IMG/VR virus record: IMGVR_UViG_3300026549_000038
Coordinates: 1-64,000 of that record
Length of the DNA: 64,000 bases
Direction: 5' to 3' (one strand)
Source of the DNA: a virus
Taxonomy: Duplodnaviria > Caudoviricetes
Shown here: in pieces, positions 27,159 to 36,198 of the stretch
How the letters are laid out: every line of letters starts with the position of its first letter
How positions within the stretch are numbered: position 1 is the first letter of the stretch
The notes under the pieces: model-generated
Database searches by the model: none
Told to the model about the DNA's origin: nothing
Seen by the model: the letters and a program-made list of their open reading frames with translations, nothing else
Position numbers and translations under genes: made by a program

Positions 27159-27692
27159 TTAATCCCACCAATCTTTTAAGTGATGTTCTAAATATTTCCA
27201 AAGTAATACCCAAGCTTTCTTTTCGTAGAGTTCATGCTGATGTGTCTTGGACCACTCTGCTGTTTTTTTGTTGGTAAAGAATCTTTCTGCGTTTCTGGTG
27301 TTTACTTGCACAAGGCACCGGTATGAACTAATAAGATTTTCAAACCTTTTCTGAAAATCCCCACCAAGCCAAATGGAATTAAAATATTCGTCTGACCTGC
27401 TAAATTCAAATGTAGAAACATCCCCTACACATATGTTTATCAGCCTGACCGCTGTCTTCATTTGCTTGACCCTCTCTTCTGCTCCAACACAGTATGTTTT
27501 TCTATGTTCATAACACCAGATCATGTCCTCGAGTTTTGCTCGGAGTAGCGTGAGTACTGGTCCAAAGTCATACCAGGTCGTACTTTTAGCCTCTCTGATA
27601 AGAGCTCTATGTTTCTTATTGAAGTTTTTATAAAAGAATCGCCTGATTTGACGTTGAATTTTTTTAAATATACTTATACTTACTTTTCTCAT
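27159..27692 (-). CDS. Hypothetical protein
   Basis: Intact 177-aa ORF ending WWD, immediately upstream of gp46. Confidence 0.65.
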   Translation of the reverse strand: MRKVSISIFKKIQRQIRRFFYKNFNKKHRALIREAKSTTWYDFGPVLTLLRAKLEDMIWCYEHRKTYCVGAEERVKQMKTAVRLINICVGDVSTFEFSRSDEYFNSIWLGGDFQKRFENLISSYRCLVQVNTRNAERFFTNKKTAEWSKTHQHELYEKKAWVLLWKYLEHHLKDWWD

Positions 27693-27766
27693 ATTAGCTG
27701 TGCATTAGTATAATACTATATAAAATAAATGAAATAATCTTATTATTTAGAATAGAAATAATTTAT

Positions 27767-28099
27767 ATGGATGTTTTAGATCAAATACAAAATCTTATTA
27801 AGCAAGCTGCTGAAAATAACGAACGTATACAGAAGAAGTATAAGTGGTTTTTGGATAAACAGCAAAAAATAATCGAAAAGATTCGCGGGCTTGATAATAA
27901 GATAAATAACACGAAACAATATATAAACGATCAGAAACAAAAATATAATAGACAGCTGGAAGAGTATAAGGAACAGGGGGAGAAATATAAAAAAGAATCC
28001 ATGGAGAAGGCTTCAGCGTGGATAGACGGACAAAAGAAACTCCTTCTGGATAAACTTAAAGATATGATACAACGCGTATTAAAAGCAAAAACATTATAA
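27767..28099 (+). CDS. Coiled-coil hypothetical protein
   Basis: K/Q/E-rich heptads; first gene of a plus-strand operon. Confidence 0.65.
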   Translation: MDVLDQIQNLIKQAAENNERIQKKYKWFLDKQQKIIEKIRGLDNKINNTKQYINDQKQKYNRQLEEYKEQGEKYKKESMEKASAWIDGQKKLLLDKLKDMIQRVLKAKTL

Positions 28100-28105
28100 T
28101 CAAAA

Positions 28106-29026
28106 ATGAATATAATTAAATTTAAGGATTTAATCAGCGAAAATCAATGGTTTAACGATAATCTAAAAGGCAAGTATGCTTGGTGGATTTTGACTAAGTA
28201 TGCCAGTCCATTCGATCATGTTTCTCAAGAACAGTATCTTTCATACGAGAGAGGAGAGGAAATAATTACCCCGGGAGGAACCACAGGAGACGAATGGCCT
28301 TTCATAGATACCACATTGAATGAATGGGATAGTTTCATAGATAAAGATGAAACTGAAAAAATCAATTCAATTTCTCAATATACTCTTTATAATAACTATA
28401 CAACCGACGACGACATTACTATAGATGAACTGAAAGCTTTTAGAACCTGGTTGGCTTCTACGATTCTTTCATTCGAAGAACTGACACTTGACGATGACGT
28501 TAAACACATGTTAGAATATTATTCAAATAATATGTACGACGATACGCTCAAGTGGCTTACCGAGTTTGGAAAGATAACTTATAACACAGTTCTTAACAAC
28601 AACTATCAGAAAACAGGTTGCGGATGTAGTGGAGTTGGACAAAACATTTCATCATTATACAGTTCCTCTCTTGATGTGTGCGACCCAACCACTATATATC
28701 GTAAAAATATCTGGAAGTTAATGGTTGAAACTTTCGGAGATATTGATTTCTGGAAACAATTTAGCAATCCGTTTCTTTCCGAATTTAAAAAGTATATAGA
28801 TAACATCCTTAAAGTTGGTTTGCCTCTTGTCTCTAGCGAATGGGATAATGTATTTGCAGATTGCGTCTGCGTCCAGTCTCCAGGAGAGACTAACAAAAAT
28901 ATATTGGTAAATCTCTCTGTATCACTTGGTTATATGATTAATGAAGAAACTGGGCATAACAATTTCGTTCAAAAAAGTCTTGCAGATTGGGCAAGTATAT
29001 TATATGAAAAAATGTATTGGGCTTAA
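28106..29026 (+). CDS. Hypothetical protein (possibly structural)
   Basis: 306-aa intact ORF with CGC and CVC motifs. Confidence 0.65.
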   Translation: MNIIKFKDLISENQWFNDNLKGKYAWWILTKYASPFDHVSQEQYLSYERGEEIITPGGTTGDEWPFIDTTLNEWDSFIDKDETEKINSISQYTLYNNYTTDDDITIDELKAFRTWLASTILSFEELTLDDDVKHMLEYYSNNMYDDTLKWLTEFGKITYNTVLNNNYQKTGCGCSGVGQNISSLYSSSLDVCDPTTIYRKNIWKLMVETFGDIDFWKQFSNPFLSEFKKYIDNILKVGLPLVSSEWDNVFADCVCVQSPGETNKNILVNLSVSLGYMINEETGHNNFVQKSLADWASILYEKMYWA

Positions 29027-29027
29027 T

Positions 29028-29666
29028 ATGATACCTTTATGTAAGTATATAGGAGAATCCGTGTTTGATGGTAAGTCTGAAGAAGATATAGTGCAGAATG
29101 TCAATAAATTGGGTAAGATTACAAGATACTGCTACTCTAAAAATAAAAACATCTTCGATGGAGTCACGGGCAGTGTTCGACTGGGGTCAAATGGTATAGA
29201 AATTTACGCGCCGTGGTTTGGTGCTTCCGGAGCGCAGGAATTTATGATAGAATCCACGGCTAAAAAATTAGATCTCGGAATATCAAAGTTTCGAGGGAAT
29301 CTACGTATTCAATGTAAGAATCTCCAGACACTAGAAGGTATATTTACTCCAGATTGTGAATTTATGGGTAGGTTGTATATGTGTTGTCCAAATCTCAAAT
29401 CGCTTAAAGGCCTTCCAAAAGCAATTATGAAGGACCCGGAACTCAGGCCGGGATATCAAAATGGATTTCTTGGATTAAATGATGCTCTCATAGAACCAAC
29501 ACCAGAACAAATAGAGTATCTTCCAAAGGAAATGAATGAGTTGTCCTGGGACTGGGATGGTGATATTCCAAATAAGACAAAACGAACGTTAATCCGAGGT
29601 CAAATCATAAAGCATACAAACGGTCTTGAAGCAATAAACATCCAAGGACATTATAAAAGAGTATAA
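29028..29666 (+). CDS. Leader-tagged family protein, type B (orphan copy)
   Basis: Start moved to the ATG at 29028: MIPLCKYIGESVFDG; ISKFRGNL, IFTPDCEF, LKSLKGLP. Confidence 0.75.
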   Translation: MIPLCKYIGESVFDGKSEEDIVQNVNKLGKITRYCYSKNKNIFDGVTGSVRLGSNGIEIYAPWFGASGAQEFMIESTAKKLDLGISKFRGNLRIQCKNLQTLEGIFTPDCEFMGRLYMCCPNLKSLKGLPKAIMKDPELRPGYQNGFLGLNDALIEPTPEQIEYLPKEMNELSWDWDGDIPNKTKRTLIRGQIIKHTNGLEAINIQGHYKRV

Positions 29667-29671
29667 AAAAT

Positions 29672-29696
29672 AAAAGGACCTTATAAGGTCCTTTTT
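29672..29696. terminator. Bidirectional terminator between convergent genes
   Basis: Palindrome AAAAGGACCTTATAAGGTCCTTTT. Confidence 0.75.
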
Positions 29697-29724
29697 TGTT
29701 GGGGTTAAGCTCGCAACTCACTCT

Positions 29725-30774
29725 TTAGTTGACTTTCACAATAGCAACTCTGTTGGATGATGGACCAGTAACACCAAGCCCCTCAGCGCTAACAACCTTC
29801 ACCTTACGTCCTTCGAGATAAGCCTTTACCTCGTCAGCTCTCTTCTGTGAGAGAACCTTGTTGTAAAGCTTCTTTCCCTCTGGGCTAGATGTAGCAATTA
29901 CTGCAACCTCAGTACCTTCCTGAATCTTATCTAGCTCTGTCTTTGCTGTATCGTCGAGATCATACTTGCCCTTTGCAAACTGCACGAAGTACTGACTTGC
30001 ACCCTTCTCGATAACCTTCTCGATAACCTTCTCAACCGGAACCTCCTTCACCACTTCAGTCGGCTTCTTGGCAAGAGCATCCTGGAGCTCCTTAACCTTG
30101 TTCTGAAGAGCATTGTACTCAGCAGCGGTTACTGTGTAAGGACAATTCTTGAAGTTGCCAAACTTGTAAGTAGCACCTACGAGAACCTGTGCCTGGAGAT
30201 TCTTGGAATGGAACTTCAGCATGTTATTGTAGTTCCACCAAATAGCTGCAGGACGTACATTGATCTGCCAGTTATCGGCAACATTGAAGTTAACCTCTAC
30301 ACCAGCCTTGTAAGTAAGGTAGTTCTTATCGAAGTGAGGAATGTCATAGTTGTGACCGTAGTTGTGTCCCCAACCAAGACCTGGAACTGCAACAACCTCT
30401 ACAAAACGTGGCTGTCCTGGATATCCACCAATAAGATTTGAAAGATTAACCTTAGCGTTAGCAATCACATTACTCTGATCAACAAAGGCGCTAGACTTAG
30501 TAGTGTTGAAGATTGCCTGGCCCTCTACACTGAATCCAACTACCGGAGTAACATACTTACCAAACTCAACAGCTGCTACAGGACGAACACCCTTAACGAT
30601 GTCCTTTGCTCCATTCCAGAAAAAAGTCCTGTGGGTTGTCATAAGATTGGTTGTGGTACCTCCACCATAAACACCAATATAGGTATTGTCAAAGAGCTTT
30701 GAGCTCTCTACTGTCTGTGCGAAGAGACCTGTACTAACAAGTATCATCGCAATTATAAAAAGAAATTTTCTCAT
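29725..30774 (-). CDS. ompA: Bacteroidota-type OmpA family outer membrane protein
   Basis: Sec signal (MRKFLFIIAMILVSTGLFAQ), beta-barrel ending VGATYKF, coiled linker, OmpA C-domain (QFAKGK...SSPEG...NKVLSQKRA). Confidence 0.85.
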   Translation of the reverse strand: MRKFLFIIAMILVSTGLFAQTVESSKLFDNTYIGVYGGGTTTNLMTTHRTFFWNGAKDIVKGVRPVAAVEFGKYVTPVVGFSVEGQAIFNTTKSSAFVDQSNVIANAKVNLSNLIGGYPGQPRFVEVVAVPGLGWGHNYGHNYDIPHFDKNYLTYKAGVEVNFNVADNWQINVRPAAIWWNYNNMLKFHSKNLQAQVLVGATYKFGNFKNCPYTVTAAEYNALQNKVKELQDALAKKPTEVVKEVPVEKVIEKVIEKGASQYFVQFAKGKYDLDDTAKTELDKIQEGTEVAVIATSSPEGKKLYNKVLSQKRADEVKAYLEGRKVKVVSAEGLGVTGPSSNRVAIVKVN

Positions 30775-30830
30775 AAAAATGTTTTTGATATTTGTAAATA
30801 ATTAATTGATTGTTTGTTTTCTTTAAAATA

Positions 30831-30860
30831 AAAAAAGAAAGGTGGGTTTCCCACCTTCTT
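30831..30860 (-). terminator. Intrinsic terminator after gp32
   Basis: AAGGTGGG/CCCACCTT stem with an A-run on the plus strand. Confidence 0.65.
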
Positions 30861-30869
30861 CAATTGATC

Positions 30870-31979
30870 TTAGAATGGGAGATCTCCGTCATCCTTCTTA
30901 TCCTCCTGGAGGACCTGAGACATCATATCCATCTCTGGTTGAACTTCCACCTGAGCCTTAAACTCTGGCTGTGCGCTTGTAGATGGCTTAGGGTTGGTCA
31001 GCGGATTGTCCTCGTTGACGTTTTCTGTTGCTGGATCTTTGTGCTGTGCAACAGTGTCGATCCAATCCTGAACCCTCTTCGTGGTTGCTTCATCCCATGG
31101 CTGGTATCCGCACTCAGCTTCGAGATCGAGCTTCATGTTTTCATCGAGATAGGTCATTGCCTTACGATAGAGGTTCTTCATGTCTGGTGTGACATCTGCG
31201 ATTGTCTGCTGTGCCTGAGCACGTCTGGCTTCGGTCTTAGCCTTAACCAAGTCGTTCTTTGCAGTGACATATGTATCTATCGTCTCGATTTCCTCGTCTG
31301 TGAAAAGAGGAGTTCCGTCGGTCTTAACAATTGGAGAGAAGTCTGTTTCAAACTCACTCAAATCGTAGTTGATCTCACGCTGCTTGCGCTGTGGATTTGA
31401 AGGATCGTCTGGTCCTGGTGATACATTCAGTTCAAGAGCTGTGCCGATAAGATAATCCATGACTGGAACCGGTGTCTTCTTACTCTCTGGGCTTGGGTTC
31501 ATCTTCGCATCGAGTTTGAGGCGGACTGCCTTTGGAAGCTTCCAGAAAAGATACTTGCCTACAAGCTCAGGCTGGTTGATGTCTTCAAGAACCTGAACGA
31601 TTACCCAATCGCTCTCGTTCTTCTCAAACATCTTCTTGGCCCAGTCCTTGTCGTTTGGATCCTTACTGAACCATAGTTTCTTCCAGGCTTTGAAGAGCGG
31701 ACAACTTCTGTCGCCGTTTCCTATCTTAGACCTTACCATGAAGAATCCATTTTGGTCTGTCATGGCGTAAAAAGCCTGATGTACAATCGACTTCTGGATG
31801 TTCTTAGGATTGTAGATAATCTTGATTCTACTCCTATAAATTCCATCATCGCTCTTTGCGAGCTTTACAGGATTGGTTTTCAGAACATTAGCATCATAGT
31901 TGGATGAGGACTGCTCTTTGAAGGCGTCCAAGTTCTGGGGGTCAAAGCCCATAATCTGATCAATAAAATCGTTACTCAT
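30870..31979 (-). CDS. gp32: T4 gp32-like single-stranded DNA-binding protein
   Basis: VQVLEDINQPELVGK..WKLPK, NYDLSEF, acidic tail ending DDGDLPF. Confidence 0.85.
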   Translation of the reverse strand: MSNDFIDQIMGFDPQNLDAFKEQSSSNYDANVLKTNPVKLAKSDDGIYRSRIKIIYNPKNIQKSIVHQAFYAMTDQNGFFMVRSKIGNGDRSCPLFKAWKKLWFSKDPNDKDWAKKMFEKNESDWVIVQVLEDINQPELVGKYLFWKLPKAVRLKLDAKMNPSPESKKTPVPVMDYLIGTALELNVSPGPDDPSNPQRKQREINYDLSEFETDFSPIVKTDGTPLFTDEEIETIDTYVTAKNDLVKAKTEARRAQAQQTIADVTPDMKNLYRKAMTYLDENMKLDLEAECGYQPWDEATTKRVQDWIDTVAQHKDPATENVNEDNPLTNPKPSTSAQPEFKAQVEVQPEMDMMSQVLQEDKKDDGDLPF

Positions 31980-32049
31980 GTTAAAAATATTTTAATTTGT
32001 TAATCGTGTTCTATTATAAGAACATTAAAATATATATAAAACTTATCGT

Positions 32050-33888
32050 TTATTTAGCACACTTCAACAACCATTTAGTTTGTCCTGAATCATATATTTT
32101 ATAAAATCCCCTATCTAACATTATATCGGATTCTGATTTTGCACTGTCAAATCCAGATTCCACTAATGATTTTTTAGTGAAATTAAACCTATGGTATCTT
32201 TTAAAATTTTTAGAATCTACATACCAATATGATTTGGATTCTCCTATTTGTTCAAATCCCAATGTTTTATATAAATCTCCAAAACTAATATCATTAGATG
32301 AGAATGATTCTATATATTCCGGAGTATATGTTTTGATGAAATGTTTCAGCATTTTGCTTGCACCTCCAACAACAGATATTCCGATTTTGTTACAAAATCT
32401 ATAAAGTTCCCACCCACTGGAGGCTTTGTTACCAAGGGATATTCTCTTTTGTCCAAATGTCATCAGCGAAACTAACTGGCCATTATAACGGAGACCAATT
32501 TTTATTTTAGATCTCACGGGGCCTTGCAAATGATTGTCTTGCAAAAAATTATTTGCGTCTTCAGGAGATACTTCGACTACTTCACAACATCTAGCATATA
32601 TTTTTATATTATTTCCTAATTTACTGTCTATTATTGATTTTACTATATTGAATTTGTGATAAATCTGATCCTCCCAAAATGTTAATAGTGTTACTCCACA
32701 ATTACAACACTCCTTAAATTTTTTAATATGATAATCTTGAGTCTTGTATTTTATAGAGTGCCAATAACAACCATTACATTCTATACCCAGCTTATAGGAT
32801 GGGATATAAATATCTATTTCTTTGCCTGATAAAATTTCTCTATTATTTCTAATATAATTTATGTTTAATGAATCCAAATGCTCACATATCTTATATTCCA
32901 AAGAAGACTCTCGGGGACTTTCTTTACATAGTTTAGTGCACAGCTCGCGACCGTCATATTTTCTTACGTAAAATTTTGCCGCAGGAATATTAAATTTTTT
33001 ATCTGTACATATTTTACAATCGGGGTGTGGGCATGAACATTCATATATGTATTCATCATTATTTTTTAATATCCTTTGTATTATTGGATAACTATCTATA
33101 GTAGATTTGTTTCTGGAAGCAATTGCCTTATCTTTAAATTCCTGTAAATCCAAAACATGGTCAGTACCATATTTTAATATTCTAGTTTTTTTTCCAGATT
33201 CTTGAACAGTGTTTGATTGGAATGGGTATTCTACACCATATCTTTCAAGATTTGTCTTTTTGAATTTTTCCCGTACTTCTAAATTATTTAAAGGATTAAC
33301 TGCACCATATCTTTCAAGATTTGTCTTTTTGATTTTTTCTTGTATCTGAGAGGAGTTTATATTGTATTCTACACCATATTTTTCAAGATTTGTCTGCTTT
33401 ATTTTATCCCAAACTTTTTTCGAACCCAGTGGTGATGTTGTTCCATAACGTTTGATACATGTTTCTTTAATCTTATTATTAATCTCTTCGTTTTCTCTTG
33501 GGTTTTTCGAACCATATTTTTCAAGACATGTTTCCTTGGCGGCATTCGATATGATAGGTGACGCATAACCTACTCCCCCATATCGTTCGACACATGTTTC
33601 TTTGGTCTTGAGCTTTTTATCTTCGTCTTTATTGGAACATTTAATCGAACAGTATTTGTTATAACCTTTTCTGAAATTGTGAAATTTTGATGGACACCCA
33701 CAAACCGGACATAATTGTTTGTAGCCGTTCCAATTATGGTAGTACCAATATAACCTCTCTGAAAACGTCAGATCTTTTGGATATTTATTCAGCAAATATT
33801 CATAAAATTCCGGATATCTCTTTTTTATACTGTGGGCTAACCCCAGATTCGGGTTGTTATAAAGGTCTTCAATTGCAGGTGTTTTCAT
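32050..33888 (-). CDS. Free-standing homing endonuclease (Hef/PD-(D/E)XK-like) with KxTxLE(K/R)YG repeats
   Basis: CPVC...YCSxKC zinc finger, ~23-aa repeats, EIDIYIP...GIECNGCYWH nuclease motif, IYARCC...NHLQG C-terminal domain; more AT-rich than its neighbours. Confidence 0.8.
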   Translation of the reverse strand: MKTPAIEDLYNNPNLGLAHSIKKRYPEFYEYLLNKYPKDLTFSERLYWYYHNWNGYKQLCPVCGCPSKFHNFRKGYNKYCSIKCSNKDEDKKLKTKETCVERYGGVGYASPIISNAAKETCLEKYGSKNPRENEEINNKIKETCIKRYGTTSPLGSKKVWDKIKQTNLEKYGVEYNINSSQIQEKIKKTNLERYGAVNPLNNLEVREKFKKTNLERYGVEYPFQSNTVQESGKKTRILKYGTDHVLDLQEFKDKAIASRNKSTIDSYPIIQRILKNNDEYIYECSCPHPDCKICTDKKFNIPAAKFYVRKYDGRELCTKLCKESPRESSLEYKICEHLDSLNINYIRNNREILSGKEIDIYIPSYKLGIECNGCYWHSIKYKTQDYHIKKFKECCNCGVTLLTFWEDQIYHKFNIVKSIIDSKLGNNIKIYARCCEVVEVSPEDANNFLQDNHLQGPVRSKIKIGLRYNGQLVSLMTFGQKRISLGNKASSGWELYRFCNKIGISVVGGASKMLKHFIKTYTPEYIESFSSNDISFGDLYKTLGFEQIGESKSYWYVDSKNFKRYHRFNFTKKSLVESGFDSAKSESDIMLDRGFYKIYDSGQTKWLLKCAK

Positions 33889-33957
33889 TTCGAGATTGAT
33901 TTATTTTCCAATATAATAATAATATGCAAAAACTGTCTTTATTAAACAATAACAAAA

Positions 33958-33984
33958 AATAAACATCACAATGTGATGTTTATT
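33958..33984 (-). terminator. Palindromic hairpin, likely terminator after folE2
   Basis: AATAAACATCACA-A-TGTGATGTTTATT. Confidence 0.55.
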
Positions 33985-34006
33985 AAATACCATCAGTTCT
34001 AGTATG

Positions 34007-34960
34007 TTAAACCATCAAATCCTTGTATTCTCCTATATTGATATGATGATTAAAAATAGAACCCGGAATACCCTTTGTTATGATAGCATGACAATCAAAA
34101 TTATGAATAGACTCTCTATGTACACAGACAACCCTCCAATCCTTGATTCTTTCATCCTCGTTCAATTCAACTGCCATCCTTCTAACCGCCTCCTCAACAA
34201 ACATTGGCATCGAACCCATTTCTCCATGAGCTTGCTCATCTTCTCTCTTGCAAAATACCATTGTTTCATTAGGAAGGGCTTTCCTACAATGTTCAATGAT
34301 ATCTTCAATCCATATAACATCATCAGACTCTACGGATACTCTGCATACACTTCTCTGATTGTGTGGTGCTGCATATACTCCTCTTGTTACTGCTGCGTGT
34401 TCTGCAAGGGCAGTACTACAACTACATACACTTTGATATATGTAATCAACTATCACCACCTTTTTGAACTCACCAGACTTGTCAATGTTACAATCAAAGG
34501 TTACATTATATATTTGATAACCACCATTTAGATTTCCATTGTCATCTCTACTGCGGAGTGAAGGTAACCAAAGATAGTACGGGAAGTTCATTAGAATATG
34601 CGCATCGAATGAATTCATCTTTTCCTGATAGTGTCTTAAAATGACTTCCAATTTGTTGATGTCGAATATAATGTCTCGGGTAGGAATCCACTCCCTGATA
34701 AGTCTTGACATATTGATGCCAAGATGTTCGCTATCCAAATCATTCTCGGCATATATAGTTGCTAAGACCTGCTGGAATCCACCGTCCTTCTGTTTAACTG
34801 TAACAGGTATCTTAAAATTCTGAATACCAACAAAAGGTATAGGCAATCCTATAAATTCACTATTCTGAAGGTCTGGCATACTGTCCAGATATTCTTTACT
34901 CGGTACGAAATCCTTATCGTATCCTTTCTTAAGTTCTCTTACTTTTATGTCTTTATTCAT
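34007..34960 (-). CDS. folE2: GTP cyclohydrolase IB (FolE2)
   Basis: MPDLQ, VGI, GINMSR, CSCS, HNQRS, KREDE, FVEEAVR and ESIH motifs. Confidence 0.9.
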   Translation of the reverse strand: MNKDIKVRELKKGYDKDFVPSKEYLDSMPDLQNSEFIGLPIPFVGIQNFKIPVTVKQKDGGFQQVLATIYAENDLDSEHLGINMSRLIREWIPTRDIIFDINKLEVILRHYQEKMNSFDAHILMNFPYYLWLPSLRSRDDNGNLNGGYQIYNVTFDCNIDKSGEFKKVVIVDYIYQSVCSCSTALAEHAAVTRGVYAAPHNQRSVCRVSVESDDVIWIEDIIEHCRKALPNETMVFCKREDEQAHGEMGSMPMFVEEAVRRMAVELNEDERIKDWRVVCVHRESIHNFDCHAIITKGIPGSIFNHHINIGEYKDLMV

Positions 34961-35011
34961 ATGTAAAAATTATAATATAGTAATAATATATGAAACAAAA
35001 CTATAAAATAT

Positions 35012-35035
35012 AGAAAGGGCCCGAAGACCCTTTCT
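35012..35035 (-). terminator. Intrinsic terminator after the S1-like gene
   Basis: AGAAAGGG...CCCTTTCT stem. Confidence 0.6.
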
Positions 35036-36115
35036 TTATTTAAGCTGAAGTTGTGGCTTGAAGTTACTGTAAACTATATTTCCGTCGCTGTCTAGTTTGT
35101 AAGCCGGAACTGTTTGATACTGATCGGCAAATCCGTTGTACCTCTTTTCGGTTTCGAATCCGGTAATGACCACTTGAACTTCCTGGCCAGGCTTATAGTT
35201 AACAATCTCTTCTGGTTTTGTTGGTATCATACCTGTTGTGTACAGGCTAGGAATTTCAACAAATATCCCACATTTGGTGCTACTGTGCAAACCGCCTGTA
35301 ACCTTTCCAGTATAGGTTCTAGCCGACAGTTCCTTCCAAGCATCTCCATCGTCGCAGAAATGTTTGTAAATATCCATCATCAACAGGTCTCCCTGGTACT
35401 TCAAATATTCTTTAACTGAACAAATGAGACTCATCTTTTGTACTCCGTTGATGATCTTTGGAATATAGTTGATAACAAATGCATCCACTTCTTTTCCTAC
35501 GAACTGCTGGAAGTCATCTGTGATGTTAAGAACTATGTGACTGCCTGGGATGAACGCATCAACTTCATAAGGCTCTCCAACAAAATTAGTTAGGCTTGGA
35601 ACTACGGCTTTTCCTATGAAACCACCGGTTACTAATTCGTTGATCTTGACTTTGACCGGCTCGGCCTCATACTGTGTAGGTCTCTGAAGTTCTGGGGTTC
35701 TCAAGAGCGGATCGAGCCACTTGTGGAAAATAGGAGTGAGTATATCAACGTATACCTCTTTCTTATTTTTATCAACTACGACTGCGTCCAAGACATCGTT
35801 TGGAATATTGCTCTGGTCCTTAAACTTAGGATACTTCCAGAGATTGGTTTTGGTGACGATTGGCACTTTCTGATTCGCTCCATCCAGCACCACGTTGTTT
35901 TTTGAAATAGAGATTATTCTTACAGGCAGACTGTCGCCGATCTTAAGCTCTGTTGGCGTGTTGTTAAATGACCCGTCAGTTTCGGAAATGACCTCTTTTG
36001 GATAAACCGTTTTAAAGGCTTCTCCTAAAGATATGTGGCGGAATCTGGCAGAGTATGCTTTGATTCTCTGTGTCTCTGTCTTAAATTCAGGCCACTGAAA
36101 TTCGTTTTTCTTCAT
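35036..36115 (-). CDS. Ribosomal protein bS1-like protein (about three S1/OB domains)
   Basis: LKIGDSLPVRIISI..VVLD; GGFI...AFIPGSHI...FVGKEV; YTGKVTG...CGIFVEI...YKPGQEVQVVI. These match the layout of S1 domains 1-3. Confidence 0.7.
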   Translation of the reverse strand: MKKNEFQWPEFKTETQRIKAYSARFRHISLGEAFKTVYPKEVISETDGSFNNTPTELKIGDSLPVRIISISKNNVVLDGANQKVPIVTKTNLWKYPKFKDQSNIPNDVLDAVVVDKNKKEVYVDILTPIFHKWLDPLLRTPELQRPTQYEAEPVKVKINELVTGGFIGKAVVPSLTNFVGEPYEVDAFIPGSHIVLNITDDFQQFVGKEVDAFVINYIPKIINGVQKMSLICSVKEYLKYQGDLLMMDIYKHFCDDGDAWKELSARTYTGKVTGGLHSSTKCGIFVEIPSLYTTGMIPTKPEEIVNYKPGQEVQVVITGFETEKRYNGFADQYQTVPAYKLDSDGNIVYSNFKPQLQLK

Positions 36116-36198
36116 CTATAAATTTTTTAAAGTGTTGTATACTAAAGTTAACTATTGTACTTTCGTACATTTTAATATATGTAATCCATTTTAGAATT

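Noticed and set aside
28941-29027. Longer starts in the ORF track (28941; also 44345, 44190, 49840)
   Set aside because: They overlap neighbouring genes or promoter-like motifs; downstream ATGs fit paralogs and motifs better.
30810-31400. 196-aa plus-strand ORF
   Set aside because: Antisense to gp32 and runs through its terminator.
33230-33620. CRISPR-like spaced repeats
   Set aside because: In-frame coding repeats of the homing endonuclease, not palindromic; no cas genes.
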